This document shows positions 18,607 to 27,838 of a stretch of DNA of 64,000 nt, in pieces (position 1 is the first letter of the stretch; the number at the start of each line of letters is the position of its first letter). The DNA comes from an uncultured Syntrophales bacterium (GTDB lineage: Bacteria; Desulfobacterota; Syntrophia; Syntrophales; JAAYKM01). The stretch spans positions 7,713 to 71,712 of the forward strand of contig CAZBQX010000005.1 in assembly GCA_964494155.1 (NCBI GenBank), read 5' to 3'. Made by a program: the position numbers and the translations under genes. The notes beneath the pieces are model-generated. The model was not told the DNA's origin. It ran no database searches and saw nothing but the letters and a program-made list of their open reading frames with translations.

Positions 18607-19452
18607 ATGATAGAGAAGATCATACGTTCGGTTCAGAGCATACCGGCCTTTCCGATGACCGTCCAGAAAGTTGCGGAACTGGTTTCCCGCGAAGATTATG
18701 CCGTGACCGATCTGGTCAACCTGATCAAATACGACCAGGCGATTACGGCCAATATCTTGAAGATGAGTAATGCGGCCTATTTTGGTTCTCGCCACAAGAT
18801 CAAGAGCATTCAAGAGGCCGTCCTCTATTTGGGCCAGCAGAATCTCCTGCGGGCGGTTCAGACGGCCGGCGTATCCCGGTTCTATCGTAAAGTCGGCGGC
18901 GGTTATGTCACGCAGGCGCAGGAACTCTGGAAACACTCCGTTGCGGTGGCCATGATGACACAGATTCTGTCACAGAAAGTGTTTCATTGCGACGATTCGG
19001 TTCTCTACACCGCGGGTCTGCTCCACGATATCGGTAAAGTCTTCCTGGGTGAGTATGTTCAGGAATCGTTCAGTAAGATTGAAGACCTCGTTACCAACCA
19101 GGGTTACTCCTTTCTCGATGCGGAAAAGGAAGTGCTGGGGATCGACCATGCAGGTCTGGGCGGTTTGATCGCCGAACACTGGCATTTCCCTCCGGAGATC
19201 AAAGACGCGATCGCCTATCATCATCGTCCGGATCTTCTGGACAAGGAGGGGGACCATATTTCCTGGCTGGTGTACCTTTCCGATCAGTTGTGTCTGATGA
19301 TCGGTGTTGACGGGGGCATCGACGGTCTGGCCTATAAGGGATTGGAGGAGGCTCTGACGCGGTTCCATCTGCGGGAGCAGGATTTGGAACAGGGAATGGT
19401 TATGCTGCTGGAAGCGCTGGAAGCGGCGGAAGACGTAATCAATATTGTATAA
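18607..19452 (+). CDS. HDOD domain protein embedded in the che operon
   Basis: IPAFPMTVQKVAELVSREDYAVTDLVNLIKYDQAITANILKMSNAAYFG...AGLLHDIGKVFL is typical of HDOD. It starts 2 nt after cheD. Confidence 0.8.
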   Translation: MIEKIIRSVQSIPAFPMTVQKVAELVSREDYAVTDLVNLIKYDQAITANILKMSNAAYFGSRHKIKSIQEAVLYLGQQNLLRAVQTAGVSRFYRKVGGGYVTQAQELWKHSVAVAMMTQILSQKVFHCDDSVLYTAGLLHDIGKVFLGEYVQESFSKIEDLVTNQGYSFLDAEKEVLGIDHAGLGGLIAEHWHFPPEIKDAIAYHHRPDLLDKEGDHISWLVYLSDQLCLMIGVDGGIDGLAYKGLEEALTRFHLREQDLEQGMVMLLEALEAAEDVINIV

Positions 19453-19472
19453 ATGAGGATTGAGGGCACACC

Positions 19473-19895
19473 ATGTCGTTTAATGTACTGATCGTGGATG
19501 ATTCCAATGCCATGCGATCCGTGGTCCGCAAGGTTATCCAGTTGTCGGGTTTCCGGATGGATAACTGCTATGAAGCCGGCAACGGGAAGCAGGCCCTGGA
19601 GGTTTTGTCCAGTGAATGGGTCGACGTTATCCTGTCTGATATTCATATGCCGGAAATGGATGGCTTCGAGTTACTGAAGGAAGTGCATCAGCATGATGTC
19701 TTCAAGAACATTCCCGTCATCATGATCTCAACGGAAGGAAGCCTGGAGCGGGTGAACGAAGCCTATACCTTGGGTGCGAAGGGGTTTATCAAAAAGCCTT
19801 TTCTGCCGGAAGAGCTGAAACGTATTCTGCATGAAGTGATAGGAGTGGGAGATGAAGGAGAATATCAGGCAGACAGTGACGAAGGCGACTTTTGA
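19473..19895 (+). CDS. cheY: CheY-like single-domain response regulator with an acidic C-terminal tail
   Basis: VLIVDDS, ILSDIHMPEMDG, MISTEG and FIKKPF, so all phosphorylation-pocket residues are present. The C-terminal tail reads GDEGEYQADSDEGDF. Confidence 0.85.
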   Translation: MSFNVLIVDDSNAMRSVVRKVIQLSGFRMDNCYEAGNGKQALEVLSSEWVDVILSDIHMPEMDGFELLKEVHQHDVFKNIPVIMISTEGSLERVNEAYTLGAKGFIKKPFLPEELKRILHEVIGVGDEGEYQADSDEGDF

Positions 19896-20316
19896 AGTCT
19901 TCGAGAAAATGTTCTTTGTGTTTCTGGAACCTGTTGAAGATACCCAATCCAAGTATGATTCGGTGTCTTACATCGATTTCGGCGGCCGGGCCGCGGGGGA
20001 ACTTAGTCTTATGATGTCCCGGGGCCTTACGGCGATGATGGCTGAGAACATGCTCGGCTGCGAGCCGTCGGAAATCACGGAACAGATGATCGAGGATTGT
20101 TCCAAGGAGGCGGCGAATATGGTTTGCGGCAATTTCCTGCGCAAAATGAGTGAACAGGATGTTTTTAATCTGAATTTACCCCAATACGCGCCGATGGACC
20201 AGGCGGCAGGCAAGGGACTGATTTTATCCGGCCCCGATGATGTTGTCGTTCATTTCGAATCGGAAGACGAGCATCTCCAGGTACGGTTGGCCTGGAAAGA
20301 AGCGGGTGAAGCTTAA
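19852..20316 (+). CDS. CheX/CheC-like chemotaxis phosphatase-family protein
   Basis: 154 aa with a CheX-like layout: N-terminal helix TKATFEVFEKMFF, then GELSLMMSRGLTAMMAENMLG and DCSKEAANMVCGNF. A good RBS (GGAGTGGGAG) precedes it. It overlaps cheY by 44 nt. Confidence 0.6.
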   Translation: MKENIRQTVTKATFEVFEKMFFVFLEPVEDTQSKYDSVSYIDFGGRAAGELSLMMSRGLTAMMAENMLGCEPSEITEQMIEDCSKEAANMVCGNFLRKMSEQDVFNLNLPQYAPMDQAAGKGLILSGPDDVVVHFESEDEHLQVRLAWKEAGEA

Positions 20317-20327
20317 AGGGTGCTGTC

Positions 20328-21864
<1,537 letters not shown>

Positions 21865-21865
21865 A

Positions 21866-24106
21866 ATGACTCATCAAGCGCTCACGACAATGATTGACGG
21901 TATGGCTTCTGATTTTCTTTTCCTTGACGACCGGGATATAGACATCGCTTCGGCGGGGAAATTCCTGAATCATCTTGACCAGATCCTTGCGGAAGGAGAA
22001 AAAATAGGCGCAATGCCGGTCCTGAAGGTTTCACGATCCCTGAGCCATATTCTCGGTAAATGGCTCATCGACCAGGTGAAGGATAAGGAGGCCGGATTCG
22101 GCATGATTGAAAAGGGGATTTCCCTCATGCAGGAAGTGGCCGAAGCGTATAAAAATACGGGCGCCTACGGTGGCGATATCGGTCCTTTTGTGGCCGATTG
22201 TGCAAACTTGCTCGGGGAAGACATTCCTGCCACGGGGGGGTCTCCGGAAGCCGTTTCCACATCGGCCGGTGTAGAAACAGGGGCTCCTGCCGCCGAAAAA
22301 GCCGCAGCGGCGCCACCGAGTGAAGCCGCCGCGCCGGTCGATCAACTGCAGGATGATTCCCTCTTGAAGGATTTTATTGTCGAAGCATCCGAATATATTG
22401 ACGAAATTGAAGTCAACATTCTCAATCTCGAACAGGAACCGGAAAACAAGGAATACATCAATGCCATCTTCCGGCCTTTCCATTCCATCAAGGGCGTGGC
22501 AAGTTTTCTGAATCTCACCATCATCCGGGATCTGGCCCATAAACTGGAAAACCTCCTGGACAAAGCGAGAAACAGCGAACTGGACGTGACCCCACCGGTG
22601 ATCGATGTCGTCCTTGACGGTGCCGATGTCCTGAAAGTTTTGGTCGGCAAGCTGAAAACCGAACCGGAAAACAGCCAGAAGATTCCGGAAGGGCTGGATC
22701 TGGACGAGTTGAAAAAACGCATTCAGATGGTGGAGGAAGGGCGTGTTGATATACCGGCCAAGAAAAAGCTGGGCGAAATCCTGGTGGAAGACGGCGTCAT
22801 CAGCCAGGAGACCCTGAAAAAAGGTCTCAAAGCGGTTGAGAAGGAACCGGGGGCGAAAATCGGCGAGGTGCTGATCAAAGAAGGAGAAGTAACCCCCAAA
22901 CAGGTCTCGCAGGCCCTGCGCAAGCAGGTCGATCAGGTGTCCGATGCGTCGACGATCCGCGTGGATACAAGAAAACTGGATGATATGATCGACATGGTGG
23001 GCGAGTTGGTCATTACCCAGTCGATGGTACAGCAGGACCTGAACACGAGCCTCCATGCCGACCGAAACCTCACGCGGGACATTGCACAACTCTTCCGCAT
23101 CACGTCGGGCCTTCAGCGGGCGTCCATGGGGCTACGCATGATCCCCATCAAGCAGACCTTCCAGCGCATGTCTCGACTGGTCAGGGACCTCTCGAAGGCC
23201 GCCGGCAAGGCGGTTTCCGTCGAAATGGAAGGGGAAGACACCGAGATTGATCGGAACATGGTGGACGAAATCTATAACCCTCTGGTCCATATGATCCGCA
23301 ATTCCATCGATCATGGTCTGGAAGTGCCTGCCGACCGGCTGCGGGCAGGGAAACCCGAAAAGGGTCTCATCCGTTTATCTGCTTATCACCGCGGCGGGAA
23401 CATCGTCATTGAAATCACCGACGACGGTCGCGGCCTGAACAAGGAGAAAATCCTGGAAAAAGCGATCAAGAACAGAGTTGTGCAGAGTGGTGAAGGGCTG
23501 ACAGATGCTGAGATTTATCGGCTCATTTTCCTCCCGGGCCTCTCGACTGCGGAGAAGGTGACGGATATCTCCGGTCGCGGCGTCGGCATGGATGTGGTCA
23601 AGCAGGCTGTGGAAAAATTGCGGGGGAAAATTGAAATTGAAAGTAAAATCGGCGAGGGCACAACCTTTATCACCAGATTCCCCTTGACGATGGCCATCAT
23701 TGACGGAATGATTGTCAAAGTGGGACCGGAGCGCTACATCCTGCCGACTACGGCCATCCGCCAGGCCTTGCGGCCGACGCGGGAATCCTATAACAATGTT
23801 GTGGGGAAAGGGGAGACGATTAACGTTATGGGGCACCTGATGCCGTTGGTCCGTCTCTATCAGCTTTTTGGCATTGAGCCGGAGTATAAGGAACCCTGGG
23901 AGGCCATTGGTGTCGTTGTTGAGGGAGAGGATCGTTCAAAATGTCTTTTGGTGGACAAAATTGTCGGTAAGGCCGAGGTGGTCATCAAAAGTCTGGGTGA
24001 GGGATTCAAGAATATCAAAGGTATTTCCGGCGGTGCGATTCTGGGCGACGGCCAGGTGGGATTGATCATCGATCCGGAAGGGTTGTTTGACTTCAGTGAA
24101 AAATAG
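21866..24106 (+). CDS. cheA: Chemotaxis histidine kinase CheA (atypical: N-terminal extension, no recognisable P2)
   Basis: Hpt His in FRPFHSIKGVA, P3 at IRVDTRKLDDMIDMVGELVI, P4 at HMIRNSIDHGLE...DDGRGL...GRGVGMDVV, and a P5 CheW-like C-terminus. Confidence 0.9.
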   Translation: MTHQALTTMIDGMASDFLFLDDRDIDIASAGKFLNHLDQILAEGEKIGAMPVLKVSRSLSHILGKWLIDQVKDKEAGFGMIEKGISLMQEVAEAYKNTGAYGGDIGPFVADCANLLGEDIPATGGSPEAVSTSAGVETGAPAAEKAAAAPPSEAAAPVDQLQDDSLLKDFIVEASEYIDEIEVNILNLEQEPENKEYINAIFRPFHSIKGVASFLNLTIIRDLAHKLENLLDKARNSELDVTPPVIDVVLDGADVLKVLVGKLKTEPENSQKIPEGLDLDELKKRIQMVEEGRVDIPAKKKLGEILVEDGVISQETLKKGLKAVEKEPGAKIGEVLIKEGEVTPKQVSQALRKQVDQVSDASTIRVDTRKLDDMIDMVGELVITQSMVQQDLNTSLHADRNLTRDIAQLFRITSGLQRASMGLRMIPIKQTFQRMSRLVRDLSKAAGKAVSVEMEGEDTEIDRNMVDEIYNPLVHMIRNSIDHGLEVPADRLRAGKPEKGLIRLSAYHRGGNIVIEITDDGRGLNKEKILEKAIKNRVVQSGEGLTDAEIYRLIFLPGLSTAEKVTDISGRGVGMDVVKQAVEKLRGKIEIESKIGEGTTFITRFPLTMAIIDGMIVKVGPERYILPTTAIRQALRPTRESYNNVVGKGETINVMGHLMPLVRLYQLFGIEPEYKEPWEAIGVVVEGEDRSKCLLVDKIVGKAEVVIKSLGEGFKNIKGISGGAILGDGQVGLIIDPEGLFDFSEK

Positions 24107-24169
24107 TGGCGTCGGTTGCGCCCAGAACAGCCGGGACGGGAATTATTTTAAGGAGAGGAAGGAAGAGGT

Positions 24170-24550
24170 ATGGATAAGAGCATTAAAATATTGATCGTAG
24201 ATGATTTCGCGACGATGAGAAAGGTGATCCGGAATCTGCTGAAACAAAGCGGTTATGAAAATATTGTTGAAGCGGAAGACGGTGTGAACGCCCTGAAAAT
24301 TCTGAAGTCCCAGAAAATCGACTTTATCGTATCCGACTGGAACATGCCGAACATGAGCGGTTTGGAACTGCTCAAGGCGGTTCGGGCCGACGAGGATCTG
24401 AAGACCCTGCCTTTCTTGATGGTCACGGCGGAAGCCCTGCAGGAAAACGTCGTGGCCGCCGTTAAGGCGGGTGTGAGCAATTATATCGTGAAGCCTTTTA
24501 CGTCGGAAACACTGGACGAAAAGATCAAAAAAATCATGGAAAAGATGTAA
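24170..24550 (+). CDS. cheY: Chemotaxis response regulator CheY (canonical)
   Basis: [13 protein letters not shown]...[18 protein letters not shown]...MVTAEA...YIVKPF resembles E. coli-type CheY. Confidence 0.9.
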   Translation: MDKSIKILIVDDFATMRKVIRNLLKQSGYENIVEAEDGVNALKILKSQKIDFIVSDWNMPNMSGLELLKAVRADEDLKTLPFLMVTAEALQENVVAAVKAGVSNYIVKPFTSETLDEKIKKIMEKM

Positions 24551-24576
24551 CCCACTAATCTGAAGAGGAAAAGAAG

Positions 24577-25044
24577 ATGAACGTCAAATTTATTAACCCA
24601 TTTTTAGAAGGAACGACCAGTGTCCTGAACACCATGGCTTTTATCTCGCCCCGTGCAGGGAAACCCTATTTAAAAAAAGACAGCATGGCCGTGGGTGATA
24701 TTTCCGGCATCATCGGTTTGACCGGTGCCGCCCGGGGGTCTCTGGCGCTCAGCTTCAGCAAGGGTTGCATCCTGAAAATCGTTTCCAACATGCTGGGTGA
24801 GGAGATTAACGAGATCAACGGGGATATCAAAGATGCCGTAGGGGAGTTGACCAACATGGTTTCCGGGGTGGCCCGGAAAAAACTCGAAGCGGAAGGCCTG
24901 AATGTCACCGCCGCCATCCCCACCGTTGTTTCGGGTCCGAGCCATTCCATCGTCCACGTGCTGGGAGGCCCCAGCATCATCATCCCCTTTGAGATCGATG
25001 AGGGGCCCTTCGTTGTTGATATCTGTCTGTCCGATGGGACTTAA
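24577..25044 (+). CDS. cheX: CheY-P phosphatase CheX
   Basis: INPFLEGTTSVLNTMA...GDISGIIGLTG...DAVGELTNMVSGVA is a typical CheX pattern. Confidence 0.8.
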   Translation: MNVKFINPFLEGTTSVLNTMAFISPRAGKPYLKKDSMAVGDISGIIGLTGAARGSLALSFSKGCILKIVSNMLGEEINEINGDIKDAVGELTNMVSGVARKKLEAEGLNVTAAIPTVVSGPSHSIVHVLGGPSIIIPFEIDEGPFVVDICLSDGT

Positions 25045-25970
25045 GGACGTCCGGAGAGCGGCGGCATGACAGGCGGTGGAAGCACCGCCGGAGGTGCCGC
25101 CGCCGGAGCCGCTGCCGTTTCAACCTTGTTCTGAATCAAAATAATACTAATTCTCCGGTTGCGGGGATCCCGGGGATCTTCTTTGACGTAAAGCTCCTGA
25201 TCTGCGTAGCCGACTACCCGCGCAATCCGGGAGGGTTCGATGCCGTTATCCTCCAATTCACGGCGGGCGGCGGATGAACGCGATGTGGACAGTTCCCAGT
25301 TTGTAATTTGACCGCCCCGGAAGGGCGCCGAATCCGTATGGCCTTCAATGGCAACGCGGTTCGGCACATCGCGGATATTTTCGGCCACGATTGCCAGGAT
25401 CTGCTTGGCCTTGACCGTCGGATCCGCGCTTCCCAGTTTGAACATGGGGCTGCCCTCCATATCCACGATCTGGATCCGGACGCCCCCTTCGACCACGTCG
25501 ACAAATATTTGATTCTTAACGAATTTTAACTTTTCCTCGATGGCTGTCTTCAGCTTTTTGACCAAGTCTTCCGAAGAGATGCCCTGTTTATCCGATTTGA
25601 CCACACTGAAGCCCATCGATCCCTTGACCTGTCCCTGGGAATCCTTGGCAGCGCCGGCGCCGTCTTTATTTAAGCCTTTGGCGGACATCTGTGCCCCCAT
25701 CCCCTGCTTGTCCAGGACCTTGGCGGATTGGGCCATAAAGGACTGGCCGGACCCGGTCATTTCCTTGAAGATATTGAAGTTTTTAAAATATTCGGACAGG
25801 GCGAGACGTTTTTCCGGCGAGACCATGGTAATCAGCCACAAAAGCAGAAAGAAGGCCATCAAGGCCGTCACGAAATCGGCGTAAGCGACTTTCCACGAAC
25901 CGCCGTGATGCTCCGCATGAACCTTTTTCTTTCTCTTGATAATAATGATAGGAGAGGAGCGATCGTCCAT
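25041..25970 (-). CDS. motB: Flagellar stator protein MotB (canonical)
   Basis: WKVAYADFVTALMAFFLLLW carries the channel Asp. The OmpA-like C-terminus reads GHTDSAPF...NWELSTSRSSAARREL...GYADQ...NRRISIIL. Confidence 0.9.
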   Translation of the reverse strand: MDDRSSPIIIIKRKKKVHAEHHGGSWKVAYADFVTALMAFFLLLWLITMVSPEKRLALSEYFKNFNIFKEMTGSGQSFMAQSAKVLDKQGMGAQMSAKGLNKDGAGAAKDSQGQVKGSMGFSVVKSDKQGISSEDLVKKLKTAIEEKLKFVKNQIFVDVVEGGVRIQIVDMEGSPMFKLGSADPTVKAKQILAIVAENIRDVPNRVAIEGHTDSAPFRGGQITNWELSTSRSSAARRELEDNGIEPSRIARVVGYADQELYVKEDPRDPRNRRISIILIQNKVETAAAPAAAPPAVLPPPVMPPLSGRP

Positions 25971-26827
25971 TATTTTTTCACCTGACGGAACGCTTCTTCC
26001 ACTTCGGCAAAGGTCGGCCTGGCTTCCAGGGGGATAACCCGCCGGCCGAATTCCACGGCGACCTTGGGCGCCGCGCCTCCGATGAAGGACAGAAGCGATA
26101 CCTTAAGTACCATGAGATACTGGAGATGTTCGCCTGCCTGGTGTTCCAGGTTCCGGCCCATGGGACCCACAAAGCCGTAACACATTAATACGCCCAGAAA
26201 CGTCCCGACCAGAGCGGCGCCGATGTGCTGCCCCAAAACCTCCGGGGGCTCACCGATATAGCCCATGGTGATGACGACACCCAAAACCGCCGCGACAATT
26301 CCCAATCCCGGCAGGGCGTCGGCGACGAAATTGATGCTCTTGGAGGGATGGGTCAATTCCTCCGAGTGGGTTTCCAGTTCGCTTTCCAGGAGGGCGTCCA
26401 GTTCATGGGGAGCAATCGTCGTGGTCATGACGGTGCGCAGGGTATCGGTAATCAGATTAATGGCCCGCTCATTCTTTAGAATCCGGGGATATTTGCTGAA
26501 CACAGGGCTTTCTTCCGGCCGGTCCACATCCGATTCAATGGAGACCAGTCCCTGCTGTCGGATTTTATAGAAAATTCCGTTCAGAAGCAGCAGCGCCTCC
26601 AGATAATCATCCTTGGAAAGATGTTTGCCGACAAAAATGCCCACAACGGCGCGGGCGACCTTGCCGACCAGCTTAAGGGGGGAAGAGATGAGAAACCCGC
26701 CGATGGCGGCGCCGAAAATGATGATGACCTCCGCCGGTTGAATCAGAACCGACAGGTTTCCATGGGCGATGAGGTAACCTCCGATCACGCAGGAAAGAAC
26801 GACAACAACACCGATGATCGCATTCAT
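25970..26827 (-). CDS. motA: Flagellar stator protein MotA (long, E. coli-type)
   Basis: 285 aa with four TM helices and a large cytoplasmic loop. Its stop overlaps the motB start. Confidence 0.9.
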   Translation of the reverse strand: MNAIIGVVVVLSCVIGGYLIAHGNLSVLIQPAEVIIIFGAAIGGFLISSPLKLVGKVARAVVGIFVGKHLSKDDYLEALLLLNGIFYKIRQQGLVSIESDVDRPEESPVFSKYPRILKNERAINLITDTLRTVMTTTIAPHELDALLESELETHSEELTHPSKSINFVADALPGLGIVAAVLGVVITMGYIGEPPEVLGQHIGAALVGTFLGVLMCYGFVGPMGRNLEHQAGEHLQYLMVLKVSLLSFIGGAAPKVAVEFGRRVIPLEARPTFAEVEEAFRQVKK

Positions 26828-26829
26828 GA

Positions 26830-27381
26830 TTAATCCAATCCCCCTCTTTTAGCCCTCAGGATTTCCCTTTCCTTCTCAAAGACAAAGCGCACGATTTCAT
26901 TCCGAATATGGTCATCCATATCCAGAAACTTCAGGGCAACACGATATTCATTTTCGCTTTTCGCGCAGGACAGCACCTGTCCATAGAGTTGAACGGCTAC
27001 CGGAGGAAGAGAAAAAAGAATGATTTTAACTTCCACGATGGCGCCGACGGCCAGGGCGGCGTCGGAAAGAAAATCCATGCCGTTTGCGCTGATTGTGACG
27101 GGTTTCGACGGCAGTGCTTCGAAGCCGCCCTGATAAACCGCAATCATCCGCATAACCGCATCAAGTTTGGCGTTGATGGTCTTCAACCACACGGATAAAT
27201 GGGCGTCGGCGATTTCGGGTAAAGTGGAAAGTTCACTGTAAATCGGTTCTCCGAACAGTTTCGCTGTGGGTACAGGTCGTTCTTCCGAAGAGAGAACCCG
27301 CGAACTGAAAGGGAGCATGGTATGAACGCGCGAAAACTCTCTTTTGTTTGCCGATGCTTCTTTCTGACTCTGTTTTTTCAT
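26830..27381 (-). CDS. PilZ domain protein (putative c-di-GMP receptor), first gene of the pilZ-motA-motB operon
   Basis: RxxxR motif (REFSR, aa 14-18) and a [D/N]xSxxG-like motif (TISANG, aa 96-101). It ends 2 nt before motA. Confidence 0.65.
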   Translation of the reverse strand: MKKQSQKEASANKREFSRVHTMLPFSSRVLSSEERPVPTAKLFGEPIYSELSTLPEIADAHLSVWLKTINAKLDAVMRMIAVYQGGFEALPSKPVTISANGMDFLSDAALAVGAIVEVKIILFSLPPVAVQLYGQVLSCAKSENEYRVALKFLDMDDHIRNEIVRFVFEKEREILRAKRGGLD

Positions 27382-27511
27382 CCTTTAACCTACCCCCCAG
27401 GGTCTGGCCCCGTCTGTGTTTTCATGATGTCCCATGTTTTGCATGAATGTTTTGCCCCTGTTACCGTCCACTGGGAAACGGAATCCGGTGATTCATGATT
27501 TATCGAATGCC

Positions 27512-27528
27512 TGCAAGAGTGATACCGA
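27512..27528 (-). promoter_or_regulatory. Candidate sigma-54 promoter for pilZ-motA-motB
   Basis: The minus strand reads CGGTATCACTCTTGCAG, with GG and GC 12 nt apart. The -24 element has C instead of T before GG. It lies about 130 nt upstream of the pilZ ATG. Confidence 0.4.
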
Positions 27529-27658
27529 ATTGGCATGCTCCGGGGTGTCAAATGCGGAAAAAACGTCCGCGTATTATAAAATATGAAGCCTCCGGAGGCG
27601 TTGCACGGCTGAGAAAGGCTGGTTTTCCCGAAACGAAAAGCTGTTAAGGGGTGGTAAT

Positions 27659-27671
27659 TGTCAAATAATTG
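27659..27671 (+). promoter_or_regulatory. IHF-like site / 13-nt motif TGTCAAATAATTG (copy 1)
   Basis: Contains TCAAnnnnTTG, the core of the IHF consensus WATCAANNNNTTR. It lies about 100 nt upstream of the sigma-54 promoter at 27760, and an identical 13-mer occurs at 49751. Confidence 0.25.
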
Positions 27672-27759
27672 GCTCTTCTGCGACGCATCGACAAAAAAAA
27701 GACCCATGCAGCGGCGTGACAAGATGGGGCATCCGGGAAAAAAGATCTGCCCGGCTTTC

Positions 27760-27775
27760 TGGTACGTAACTTGCT
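27760..27775 (+). promoter_or_regulatory. Sigma-54 promoter upstream of the SPOR/TPR gene
   Basis: TGGTACGTAACTTGCT against the consensus TGGCAC-N5-TTGCW, with correct spacing. The -12 element lies 65 nt upstream of the ATG at 27839. Confidence 0.55.
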
Positions 27776-27838
27776 CTTAAAGCTGGGAGATGAACTTGGC
27801 AAGAGGTATGGGGATTCAATCCTGTTGCTGCGATTTAC

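Noticed and set aside
22031-23089. 352-aa minus-strand ORF inside cheA, plus smaller ones at 22125-22923 and 23375-23836
   Set aside because: They are antisense to the well-supported CheA frame, have no motifs, and have no room for independent expression signals.
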